From the NCBI GenBank assembly GCA_040882605.1, contig JBBEAY010000023.1, positions 76,786-140,785 on the forward strand: a DNA stretch of 64,000 nucleotides, read 5' to 3'. Below the pieces are notes generated by a model. It was not told the origin of the DNA, ran no database searches, and saw only the letters and a program-made list of their open reading frames with translations. Source of the stretch: Actinomycetota bacterium (GTDB lineage Bacteria; Actinomycetota; UBA4738; HRBIN12). The position numbers and the translations under genes were made by a program. Shown here in pieces: positions 9,078-16,384 of this stretch (its first letter is position 1; each line of letters opens with the position of its first letter).

Positions 9078-9187
9078 CCGGCGCGCTGGGCGGCGCCTTG
9101 GGCGGCGACGCGCTCGCGGTGGCTCTGCTCGCCGTGCTCGTCGCCGCATCGGCGATCGCCGGATGGTCGGCGCTCTACGGCCCCTGA
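9071..9187 (+). CDS. candidate 38-aa hydrophobic micro-protein
   Basis: The GTG overlaps the MauA-like stop (GTGTTGA). The sequence VLTGALGGALGGDALAVALLAVLVAASAIAGWSALYGP has very high GC3. It fills the otherwise unexplained 120-nt gap and ends 9 nt before the next ATG. Confidence 0.4.
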   Translation: MLTGALGGALGGDALAVALLAVLVAASAIAGWSALYGP

Positions 9188-9196
9188 GGCCTGTCG

Positions 9197-10321
9197 ATGG
9201 TGGAGACCATCACCCCTGTCGTGTACGGGGGACGCCTCAGGTGGGCCGTGGCGCTCGCGCTGCACGTCGTGGGCGCGACGGCGACCGCCGCACTCTTCGG
9301 CGCCGGACTAGGTGTGCTCGGGGTGTTCCTCGAGGCGCCGTGGGGCAGGGCGGGCATGGCTGCCCTCGCCGCTGTGGCCGTCGTGTACACGTTCGGGGAG
9401 CTTCCTCGCGTGACCGCCGCCGTGCCGCAGCTCCGCCGCCAGGTGCCCGATTGGTGGCGAGGCTTCTTCTCGTGGCCGATCGCCGCCGCGCTGTACGGCG
9501 CCGGGCTCGGCATCGGGTTCTTCACCTTCCTGTCACACGGCACGTTGGTCGTGGTCTCCTTCGCTGCGCTCGCATCGGGCGACCCGCTCCTCGGTGCCGT
9601 GGTGGTTGGCGCCTTCGGGCTCACGCGAGGGCTCTCGGCCGCTCGTGCTGCCCATGTTCGTTCGCAGGAAGACTCGCGACGCCTGGTCGACAGGCTCGCA
9701 GCAGCACCCGAGCGCCGGCGAGCGATCGCGAACGGCGCGGCGTCGGCCGCAGTGGCCGTGCTCGCTTCGGCCCAGGCCGTGCGCGCCGGCGACGGATGGG
9801 CCTCGCTCGCGACGGCCGGCCTCGCGATCGCCTTCGCGTGGGCGGCCGCGTCGAAGGTGTTCGACGCGCAAGCCTGGCGCCGAACGCTCGCCGCACACGG
9901 GCTCGCGCGCAGCGTCGAGGGGGCAGCGACGTTCGCGGTTCCTGCGGCCGAGATCGCGGTGCCGTTGCTGGCCGCCTCCGGGCTGACGAGGGCCGCGGGC
10001 ATCTGGGCCCTGACCCTGTTGACCGTGCTCACCGCCGAAGCGCTGCGGGCCTGGCGCCGGTTCGGTCCGCAGGTGCCGTGCGGATGTTTCGGAGGACGCG
10101 AACCCGTCGCGCCACCCGTGCTGTTGTTGCGCAATGGGGGGCTCGCCGTCGTCGCGCTCGTGGTCACCATGCGCGAAGCGCCACAGCCTCTCCTGTCTTG
10201 GCCCGCGTGGCCGGGACCCGGCGAGGTGCTGCCGATGGCGCTGACCTTGGCCGGACTCGGCGTGGCAGGCTTCACGGCGTGGACGGCGGTCAGATGGCTG
10301 GGCCAGGGCAAGCGGGCGTGA
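9197..10321 (+). CDS. polytopic membrane protein with a C-terminal MauE/DoxX-like domain fused to an N-terminal 4-5 TM domain of unknown function
   Basis: The C-terminal half carries the MauE-type pattern, including PCGCFGG. The N-terminal half is hydrophobic and has no Cys. Confidence 0.8.
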   Translation: MVETITPVVYGGRLRWAVALALHVVGATATAALFGAGLGVLGVFLEAPWGRAGMAALAAVAVVYTFGELPRVTAAVPQLRRQVPDWWRGFFSWPIAAALYGAGLGIGFFTFLSHGTLVVVSFAALASGDPLLGAVVVGAFGLTRGLSAARAAHVRSQEDSRRLVDRLAAAPERRRAIANGAASAAVAVLASAQAVRAGDGWASLATAGLAIAFAWAAASKVFDAQAWRRTLAAHGLARSVEGAATFAVPAAEIAVPLLAASGLTRAAGIWALTLLTVLTAEALRAWRRFGPQVPCGCFGGREPVAPPVLLLRNGGLAVVALVVTMREAPQPLLSWPAWPGPGEVLPMALTLAGLGVAGFTAWTAVRWLGQGKRA

Positions 10322-10908
10322 CCGAACGATCGGTCGTGCCGTTCCTCGTCGGGGTGCTGCTCGTGCTCGCGGCGGTCATCGCCGTGGCTGCGCCGGGGTT
10401 CCACGGCGACATCGCAGACCCCAACGACACGAAAGGCGCGCTCGACGTGCAGCGTGTGCGCATCGACCACGAAGGCGGCACCGAGGTTACCGTGATCACG
10501 TTTGCCGAGTGGACCGCCGCCTCGATCTGGGATCGCGGTAACGCCTACGTCTTCCTCGATACCGAGGCCGACGCCGCGCCTGAGTATTTCGTGCTCGTGC
10601 GAAGCACCGGCGCCGAGCTGCAGGCGATGCTTTGGCGCGACCGGCGTGATCGGCGCGACGTGTACCTGCGCAAGGTCGCAGTTCGCCGCAAGTCGCCCGA
10701 CGGCGTGTCGGTCGCGCTGCCGATCAAGTCGTTGGACTTCGGGCCTTCACGCGATTCCTACTTCTGGTGGGCCACGACTAGCTTCACCGGAAGATCGTGC
10801 CGGCGGACGTGCCTCGACCGCGCTCCCGACGAGGGGTCCGTCGAGCAATGGCGCCCCGGTATGTCACCCAGCCCGCCCAGCCCATCACCGAGCGTCGCCG
10901 GGCCGTAA
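10318..10908 (+). CDS. membrane-anchored extracytoplasmic protein, unknown function
   Basis: The GTG start overlaps the upstream stop (GTGA). It has an N-terminal TM helix (VVPFLVGVLLVLAAVIAVAAP), a soluble domain and a Pro/Ser-rich tail. Only the 3-prime part of the long 8581-10908 ORF is taken as coding. Confidence 0.6.
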   Translation: MTERSVVPFLVGVLLVLAAVIAVAAPGFHGDIADPNDTKGALDVQRVRIDHEGGTEVTVITFAEWTAASIWDRGNAYVFLDTEADAAPEYFVLVRSTGAELQAMLWRDRRDRRDVYLRKVAVRRKSPDGVSVALPIKSLDFGPSRDSYFWWATTSFTGRSCRRTCLDRAPDEGSVEQWRPGMSPSPPSPSPSVAGP

Positions 10909-11235
10909 CGTTCCTGAGATCGCCGTCTCTTCGATCTCGAAGATCGAGGTGACTCGCACGAGCGCGGGTCCCGCAGGGAACTCGCTGAAACCGAACCCCG
11001 ATGGTGCGCACGGCGCCGGCGCTCCGAGGTCGACGCCCTCGATCGATGCGGCTGCGTCGGCTTCGCGGAAGTCGTGTATCGCGTACCACTCGCGGGCGCC
11101 AGCGCGCGTTTCGCCGGTCGTCCGCACGCCGGCGGCAGCGAACAGCCCACGAACGAGCGGGCGCAGCACGCGGCCCTCGAGACCGATATCGTGGCGCCCG
11201 GCCGGGGTCGTGTGTCCTCGTAGGCTACGCATCCG

Positions 11236-13275
11236 ATGGCATCGACCGACGAAGCGCTCGAGGGAGTCTTCGCGCGATGGCGTCGGCGCACGCAGGCGCC
11301 GGGTGTCGCTTGGGGGCTGGTCCGCGGCGGAGAGCTCGTCGCCGGCGGGGGCCTCGGCACGCTGAGGGTCGAACGAGACACGCGGCATACCCCGGACGTG
11401 GACAGCGTCTTCCGCATCGCGTCGATGACGAAGAGCTTCACCGGCGCGGCGATGATGACCCTGGTGGCCGCCGGCAGGATCGGCCTCGATGACCCCGTCG
11501 CGATGCACGTGCCCGAGCTCGAAGGGTGGCGCGGTCCCACGACTGACGGTCCGCCGCTCACCGTGCGCCACCTCGTGTCGATGGAATCGGGGCTGCCGAC
11601 CGACGACGCATGGGCCGATCGTCACATCGACCTCACCGACGAGCAGATGGACGCCCTGATCGCCACCGGCGCCGAGTTCGCCTGGACCCCCGGCGTGCGT
11701 TTCGAGTACTCGAACCTCGGGTGGGGTCTGGTCGGCAGGGTGATCGAGCGCGTCGCTGGGGTGCGCCCACAATCGCTCGTGTCGTCGGCCCTGCTGGAAC
11801 CTCTGGGCATGGCGCGGACGACGTGGGTGCGGCCCGCGTCGGGCGAGGTCGCGGAGCCCTATCGCCTGCAGGACGGTGAGTGGATGCATGAGGCCGACCC
11901 GCTCGGCGACGGCACCATCGCGCCGATGGGCGGCATCTGGACCACCGTGCGCGACCTGGCGCGTTGGGTGGGGGTCTTCACCGACGCGTTCCCGCCACGA
12001 AGCGAGCCCGACGACGGCCCGCTTCCACGTTGGGCCCGACGCGAGATGCAACAGCTCCGCCGCGTCGACGAGCTGGCGCGACTCCGGCCCTCGCCCAACG
12101 GGCCGTCACGGGTGGCCGTCACCGGCTACGGCATCGGCCTCGCCGTGCGCATCGACGAGCGTCTCGGCATCTCGGTCGGCCACAGCGGGGGCTTGCCGGG
12201 CTACGGCTCACACATGCGCTGGCTGCCCGAGCACGGCGTTGGGGTCATCGCGCTCGCGAACGTGACCTACGCCAACATGCAAGCGGCCTGCGTCGAGGCC
12301 CTCGAGGTGCTCGCCGATCTCGACGACCTCGGTCCGGCGCATGCCATCGAAGCGTCACCGGCGCTCTCTCGAGCAAGTATCGAGGCTACCGCGCTGCTCT
12401 CGTCCTGGAACGATGCCGATGCCGGCGCGATGTTCGCCGACAACGCCGTTCTCAACGAGTCGTTCGAGCGCCGCGCCGAAGATGCTGCCCGTTTGGCGTC
12501 GCGCCACGGTCCGCTCGAGGCCGCCCCCTCGCTCGAGCCCGAGACCCCGCTGCGTGGTTCCTTCACCGTGGGGGGTGGCGCGATGCGAGTCGAGATCGGG
12601 CTGAACCATGAGGGCCTGGTGCAGTGGCTCGACGTCGAGGATCGCACGGCGCCGTCGACAGCCCCGATCGTGGTCGACGAGGCGATGCTTCGCGAGGCGG
12701 AAGGCACCGCCTACGTGATCGTGCGGCCGGTCGCCGACCTCGCAGACGCGTTCGCGCGATGGCAAGGGGAAGCGCTCGACAAGCTCCGCGGTGCTCGGGC
12801 GATGGTGCCGAGCGCGCACGCCACGCTCAAGGCGTTCGGCTCGTCTGGCTCACCCCTGACCTCCGATGACGAGGCGCGCATCGTTGCCGCCGTCTCCGAC
12901 TGGGCGACCTCGCAGGCGCCGATCGAGATGCGTGCCGAGAGCCTCGGTGTCTTCGACGAAGGCGGAGCGATCCCCGTCGTGCGCCTCGTGCGCACGCCGA
13001 CGCTCGACTCGGCGATGAGCGATCTGTGGGCCAGGGTCGAGCGAGAGGCCCTTGTATCGGCATACAGCGACGAGATCGGCATCGAGGCGTGGATCGCGCA
13101 CCTTTCACTGGCGTACGTCCACGGGGCTTCCTCCCGGGCTTCGGGAGAGCTACTCGCCTGGGCCGCGAACGTCGACGTGGGGGCGGCCACCTGCCTCGCG
13201 GCTCAGGCCGAGGTCGTTGCCTATGACGCGGCAGGGGAACGGCGACTGGGCGTCTTCGGCCTCGGCGGAAGCTGA
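11236..13275 (+). CDS. serine hydrolase (class C beta-lactamase/esterase family) fused to a C-terminal 2H-phosphoesterase (LigT-like) domain
   Basis: SxxK (IASMTKSF), YxN (FEYSNLGWG) and HSG (GHSGGLPGY) motifs in the N-terminal 380 aa. Two HxT/S motifs (SAHATLKAFG and IAHLSLAYV) lie in the last 170 aa. Confidence 0.85.
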   Translation: MASTDEALEGVFARWRRRTQAPGVAWGLVRGGELVAGGGLGTLRVERDTRHTPDVDSVFRIASMTKSFTGAAMMTLVAAGRIGLDDPVAMHVPELEGWRGPTTDGPPLTVRHLVSMESGLPTDDAWADRHIDLTDEQMDALIATGAEFAWTPGVRFEYSNLGWGLVGRVIERVAGVRPQSLVSSALLEPLGMARTTWVRPASGEVAEPYRLQDGEWMHEADPLGDGTIAPMGGIWTTVRDLARWVGVFTDAFPPRSEPDDGPLPRWARREMQQLRRVDELARLRPSPNGPSRVAVTGYGIGLAVRIDERLGISVGHSGGLPGYGSHMRWLPEHGVGVIALANVTYANMQAACVEALEVLADLDDLGPAHAIEASPALSRASIEATALLSSWNDADAGAMFADNAVLNESFERRAEDAARLASRHGPLEAAPSLEPETPLRGSFTVGGGAMRVEIGLNHEGLVQWLDVEDRTAPSTAPIVVDEAMLREAEGTAYVIVRPVADLADAFARWQGEALDKLRGARAMVPSAHATLKAFGSSGSPLTSDDEARIVAAVSDWATSQAPIEMRAESLGVFDEGGAIPVVRLVRTPTLDSAMSDLWARVEREALVSAYSDEIGIEAWIAHLSLAYVHGASSRASGELLAWAANVDVGAATCLAAQAEVVAYDAAGERRLGVFGLGGS

Positions 13276-13340
13276 ACGTCCGAACTCCCGCCGCCGACCC
13301 GCGAGCCGGACCGGGGAAACGAGCGGGCTATAGTCGAACG

Positions 13341-13838
13341 ATGGCCCTGTTCGAACCGGTGTTCGACGCTCTCGGAGCGGCCGGTGTTCGCTACGTCGTC
13401 GTCGGTGGTGTCGCGGTCGTGCTCTACGGACACGCGAGGCTCACCGCCGATCTCGACATCGCGATTGATCTGACGCCCGAAGCAGCGAGCGTCGCGATGG
13501 CGGCTTTGGGAGACCTCGGTCTGCGACCGCGGCTCCCCGTCGATCCTGCCGGCTTCGCCGATCCGGCGGTCCGCGCCAACTGGATCGACGAACGGGGCAA
13601 GGTGTTCTCGATGTGGGATCCCGAGGAACCGTTGCTCTCGGTCGATGTCTTCGTCGAGAACCCGATCGATTTCGAGGAGCTCTGGGAACGGTCGGAGACC
13701 GTCGAGCTCGGCGACTCTCGGCCCCGCGTCGCGTCGATCGCCGACCTGATCCGGCTCAAGCGGCTCGCGGCTCGGCCGCAAGATCACACGGATATCCAAG
13801 CTCTCGAAGCGATCGACGCGACACGTGCGAAACGATGA
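13341..13838 (+). CDS. nucleotidyltransferase-fold protein (MNT/AbiEii-like superfamily)
   Basis: GVRYVVVGGVAVVLYGHARLTADLDIAID is a minimal NTase G-x-n-D-x-D pattern. 165 aa. Confidence 0.65.
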   Translation: MALFEPVFDALGAAGVRYVVVGGVAVVLYGHARLTADLDIAIDLTPEAASVAMAALGDLGLRPRLPVDPAGFADPAVRANWIDERGKVFSMWDPEEPLLSVDVFVENPIDFEELWERSETVELGDSRPRVASIADLIRLKRLAARPQDHTDIQALEAIDATRAKR

Positions 13839-14032
13839 CCAGCGCCAGCGAGCCCCGACCGGACGGATGGGCGGACCACCGAAGCATGCAGCTCGAGTCC
13901 GCCCTGGCGACCACGCCGCATGAACGGCTCACGTGGCTGGAAGAGGCGATCCGGTTCGCGTTCGCGGCGGGCGCGCTTCCGCGACGCGAGCACTCGACCG
14001 ACCGGGTCCCACCGCTCGAAGAAGACTCCTGA
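13835..14032 (+). CDS. small helical protein translationally coupled to the NTase-fold gene
   Basis: ATGA start/stop overlap with the upstream gene. 65 aa. Contains TPHERLTWLEEAIRFAFAAG. Confidence 0.45.
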   Translation: MTSASEPRPDGWADHRSMQLESALATTPHERLTWLEEAIRFAFAAGALPRREHSTDRVPPLEEDS

Positions 14033-14166
14033 GCGCCGGCGGTGCCAGGCGCCCGAGGTCCTATGCCAGCCCGGCGCCTCGCTCGGTCGGCGCTGGTGGA
14101 AAGCGCAGGATGACTGTCAGCTTCGGTCCAGAGTTCCAGCGTAGGCCCCACGCCTGAAGCGCCCGT

Positions 14167-14409
14167 TCACGAGTCCACGAAGTCAGACGCCGTGGCGTCA
14201 CCCTCGTCGGATGGTGGGGCGTGATCCGTGAGCTTTCGGAGCCACTCAGCGGGCCACACGACAAGGGCGTTCGAGCTCTCCCAGACCACACGGACGGGAC
14301 CGTCTCCATCGACCGCCAAGACGGCGCCTTTCTCCGCCGCCGTGGGCCATCCTTGGACCGGAGCAGAGGGTCCGGCGAACTCGACGAGGTCACCGGGAAG
14401 GACTTCCAT
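14167..14409 (-). CDS. hypothetical small protein (SH3-like/DUF4926-like appearance)
   Basis: 80 aa from the internal ATG (MEVLPGDLVEF...) with high GC3. The family assignment is an impression only. Confidence 0.4.
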   Translation of the reverse strand: MEVLPGDLVEFAGPSAPVQGWPTAAEKGAVLAVDGDGPVRVVWESSNALVVWPAEWLRKLTDHAPPSDEGDATASDFVDS

Positions 14410-14589
14410 GATTCCCTTATCGGCACCTCGTGTCGGCCAGTTGAGTGATGCCGGTGTCCCCTCATCGACCGACAAGGGGTCCGCCGGATGATCCGCAGGG
14501 GCTTGCCTCGGCACCGCCTATGACGTGCCTGGCCTAGACCGCGCTCACGGGCGATGGCGCAGCACGCGTTGAGGGGTCTTCGGCCGGCG

Positions 14590-15834
14590 TTACGGGCGTC
14601 GTGTTCGCCACGCTGAGGCGATGAGGACGACCTGCAGCAGTACCGTGGCGAGCACGAGGGTCCAGCCCGCCTTCGCGGCTGCGGCCCAGACGCCCCTCGC
14701 GGCGGGGCCGGCGACCGCCGCCGCGACGACGAGCACCACTCCGGTATTCCACGCGAGCGCGCGAACGAGGATCCGCGCTTCTGCGCGCTCCCGAACCGCG
14801 TCCCGAGAAGGGCCGAATGGCCTTAACTGAGGCGCGAGGTAGCCGAGCGACGCGGTGATCGCCTGCGCGAGCACCCCGAGGAACATCGCCGCGCCCAACG
14901 GCTCGAGCCACCGCCACGTTCCGGTCGCGACGACAGCGACGTCGACCCATGCGACGAGCGGGAACCACACGACCGTGGCGAGGATCGGCCACCGGCCGGG
15001 TGACTGCGCGGCGAGCATCGTGCGGAACACCGGTACACACACGACCGTGACCGACCACGCGAAGAGAGCGAGTCCCACCGTGGCAACCAGTCGGCACACC
15101 GTGCTCAGGGTGCCGGAGAACCCGGTCCCGAGGAGCGCGACCACGGCGATCGTAAGCGCCGTCGCGCCCAACCTCAGTGCTCGAGCGGCGCGATCGTCGG
15201 CACCCTCCCTGATCCGCGTGCGACCGATCGTCGGGCCGAAGAAGACCACGGTCGCGAGCAGCGTGAGTCCGGCCCACCCCAAGAGATTCACGTGCAGATG
15301 CGCGGTTCTCGCGGCGAAGATCCATCGCCCATCGAGCACCCCCGTTCCGATCAGGACTCCGAGCACTGCCCCGTGCAGGAACGCCCCGTGCGCCCGCTCG
15401 TACATCCGAACCACCCACGCGAATCGAGGCCCGAGCGCGGACCGCCGGAGACGGCTCAGCCGCAGGTACGAGGCGAGCACCACTAAGGTCAGCAACGTCG
15501 CACCGCCGGCTACCGACCAAGGCGCGGCCGACGGAATGCCCCAGAGCACCGCCAACACACTCGCGTTCGTGGCCGCGAGTTGCCACCTCGGTGTCGTGCC
15601 CGGCTGATGCGTCAGCGCGCGCGAGAAGTGGTCGCTCAGCCCGAGAACCAGGTTCGTCACGATGCCGAGCGTGAACAGATGCACGGCGAGCCACCGTCCG
15701 CCTGGTAGCTGCCCACCCCCCAACACCCACGCCACCGTCGCGACCCCGTAGCCCGCGGCGACGAGCGCGACGGGCCTCAGCCGTTCGAACGGGCCGCGGC
15801 CTTCAGCAGGTGTATCTCGGCGCAGAGACATCAC
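14590..15834 (-). CDS. polytopic (about 12 TM) membrane protein, NnrS-like; paralogue of 37117-38346
   Basis: It shares WLAVHLFTLG, AHLHVNLLGWAGLTLLATVVFFGPT and a C-terminal GYLAP segment with the second copy. The conserved His-containing helices recall the NnrS HAHEMLFGF motif. Confidence 0.75.
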   Translation of the reverse strand: MMSLRRDTPAEGRGPFERLRPVALVAAGYGVATVAWVLGGGQLPGGRWLAVHLFTLGIVTNLVLGLSDHFSRALTHQPGTTPRWQLAATNASVLAVLWGIPSAAPWSVAGGATLLTLVVLASYLRLSRLRRSALGPRFAWVVRMYERAHGAFLHGAVLGVLIGTGVLDGRWIFAARTAHLHVNLLGWAGLTLLATVVFFGPTIGRTRIREGADDRAARALRLGATALTIAVVALLGTGFSGTLSTVCRLVATVGLALFAWSVTVVCVPVFRTMLAAQSPGRWPILATVVWFPLVAWVDVAVVATGTWRWLEPLGAAMFLGVLAQAITASLGYLAPQLRPFGPSRDAVRERAEARILVRALAWNTGVVLVVAAAVAGPAARGVWAAAAKAGWTLVLATVLLQVVLIASAWRTRRP

Positions 15835-15843
15835 GTCTGGTCT

Positions 15844-16002
15844 TCAGGAATCCACCGGCTGGCGGAGGATCGTCTTCAGTCGCTCCGGCCGTGCGGCGTG
15901 GATCCCGAGGTAGATCGAGTGGTCAGATCCTCCACGCCCCGTGAGCCCTCTGTAGCGCTTCGTCAAGCCGCGAACCTCGATGACCGCCTCGTGCGTCGAC
16001 AT
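15844..16002 (-). CDS. candidate 52-aa ORF immediately upstream of the NnrS-like gene
   Basis: MSTHEAVIEVRGLTKRYRG... has high GC3, and its stop lies 9 nt before the downstream start. The first 19 aa resemble an ABC-ATPase N-terminus, but no Walker A follows. Confidence 0.3.
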   Translation of the reverse strand: MSTHEAVIEVRGLTKRYRGLTGRGGSDHSIYLGIHAARPERLKTILRQPVDS

Positions 16003-16134
16003 CTCACGGGCGAACCTACTCCACCGGCACCGAAGCGCCTGATCCCGCAAGTCCCGGCACGAGAAGACCGCTCAGCACGTCGCGCCCGACTCTTCCGGCG
16101 GTAGCCTCGCTTCGAGACACGAAAGGGGGACGCC

Positions 16135-16362
16135 ATGACGGACACGAGGTCTCAGTTCATCACCGATGGTGTTGCCATCCATGAACACGAGAGTGGCGTG
16201 CCGCGGCACGGCTTGTCCGAGCTGCAGGCGACGGTCGTGACCGACGACGACCCTTTGATCTCGGGCAAGATCGCCTGGGCGCACCTGAAGGAGTTCTCGG
16301 ACTACTACGATCGGCTCACGACGATGGAGCAAGAAGCAGAGGCGAGTTCCTTCGACCGCTGA
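16135..16362 (+). CDS. hypothetical 75-aa protein
   Basis: AAGGGGGA RBS 6 nt upstream of the ATG and coding-like composition. Confidence 0.5.
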   Translation: MTDTRSQFITDGVAIHEHESGVPRHGLSELQATVVTDDDPLISGKIAWAHLKEFSDYYDRLTTMEQEAEASSFDR

Positions 16363-16384
16363 GTCCGACCGCCGACGCGATCCT

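Noticed and set aside
8581-10317. The 5-prime 1.7 kb of the 775-aa ORF 8581-10908.
   Set aside because: This part overlaps the MauA-like and MauE-like genes in another frame and is Arg-rich nonsense. Only the segment from the GTG at 10318, which has a TM anchor and a plausible domain, is retained.
15844-16002. ABC transporter ATP-binding protein gene, suggested by IEVRGLTKRYRG.
   Set aside because: Only about 15 residues match the ABC N-terminal strand. No Walker A or later motifs follow, and the ORF ends after 52 codons. It is listed only as a low-confidence short ORF or remnant.
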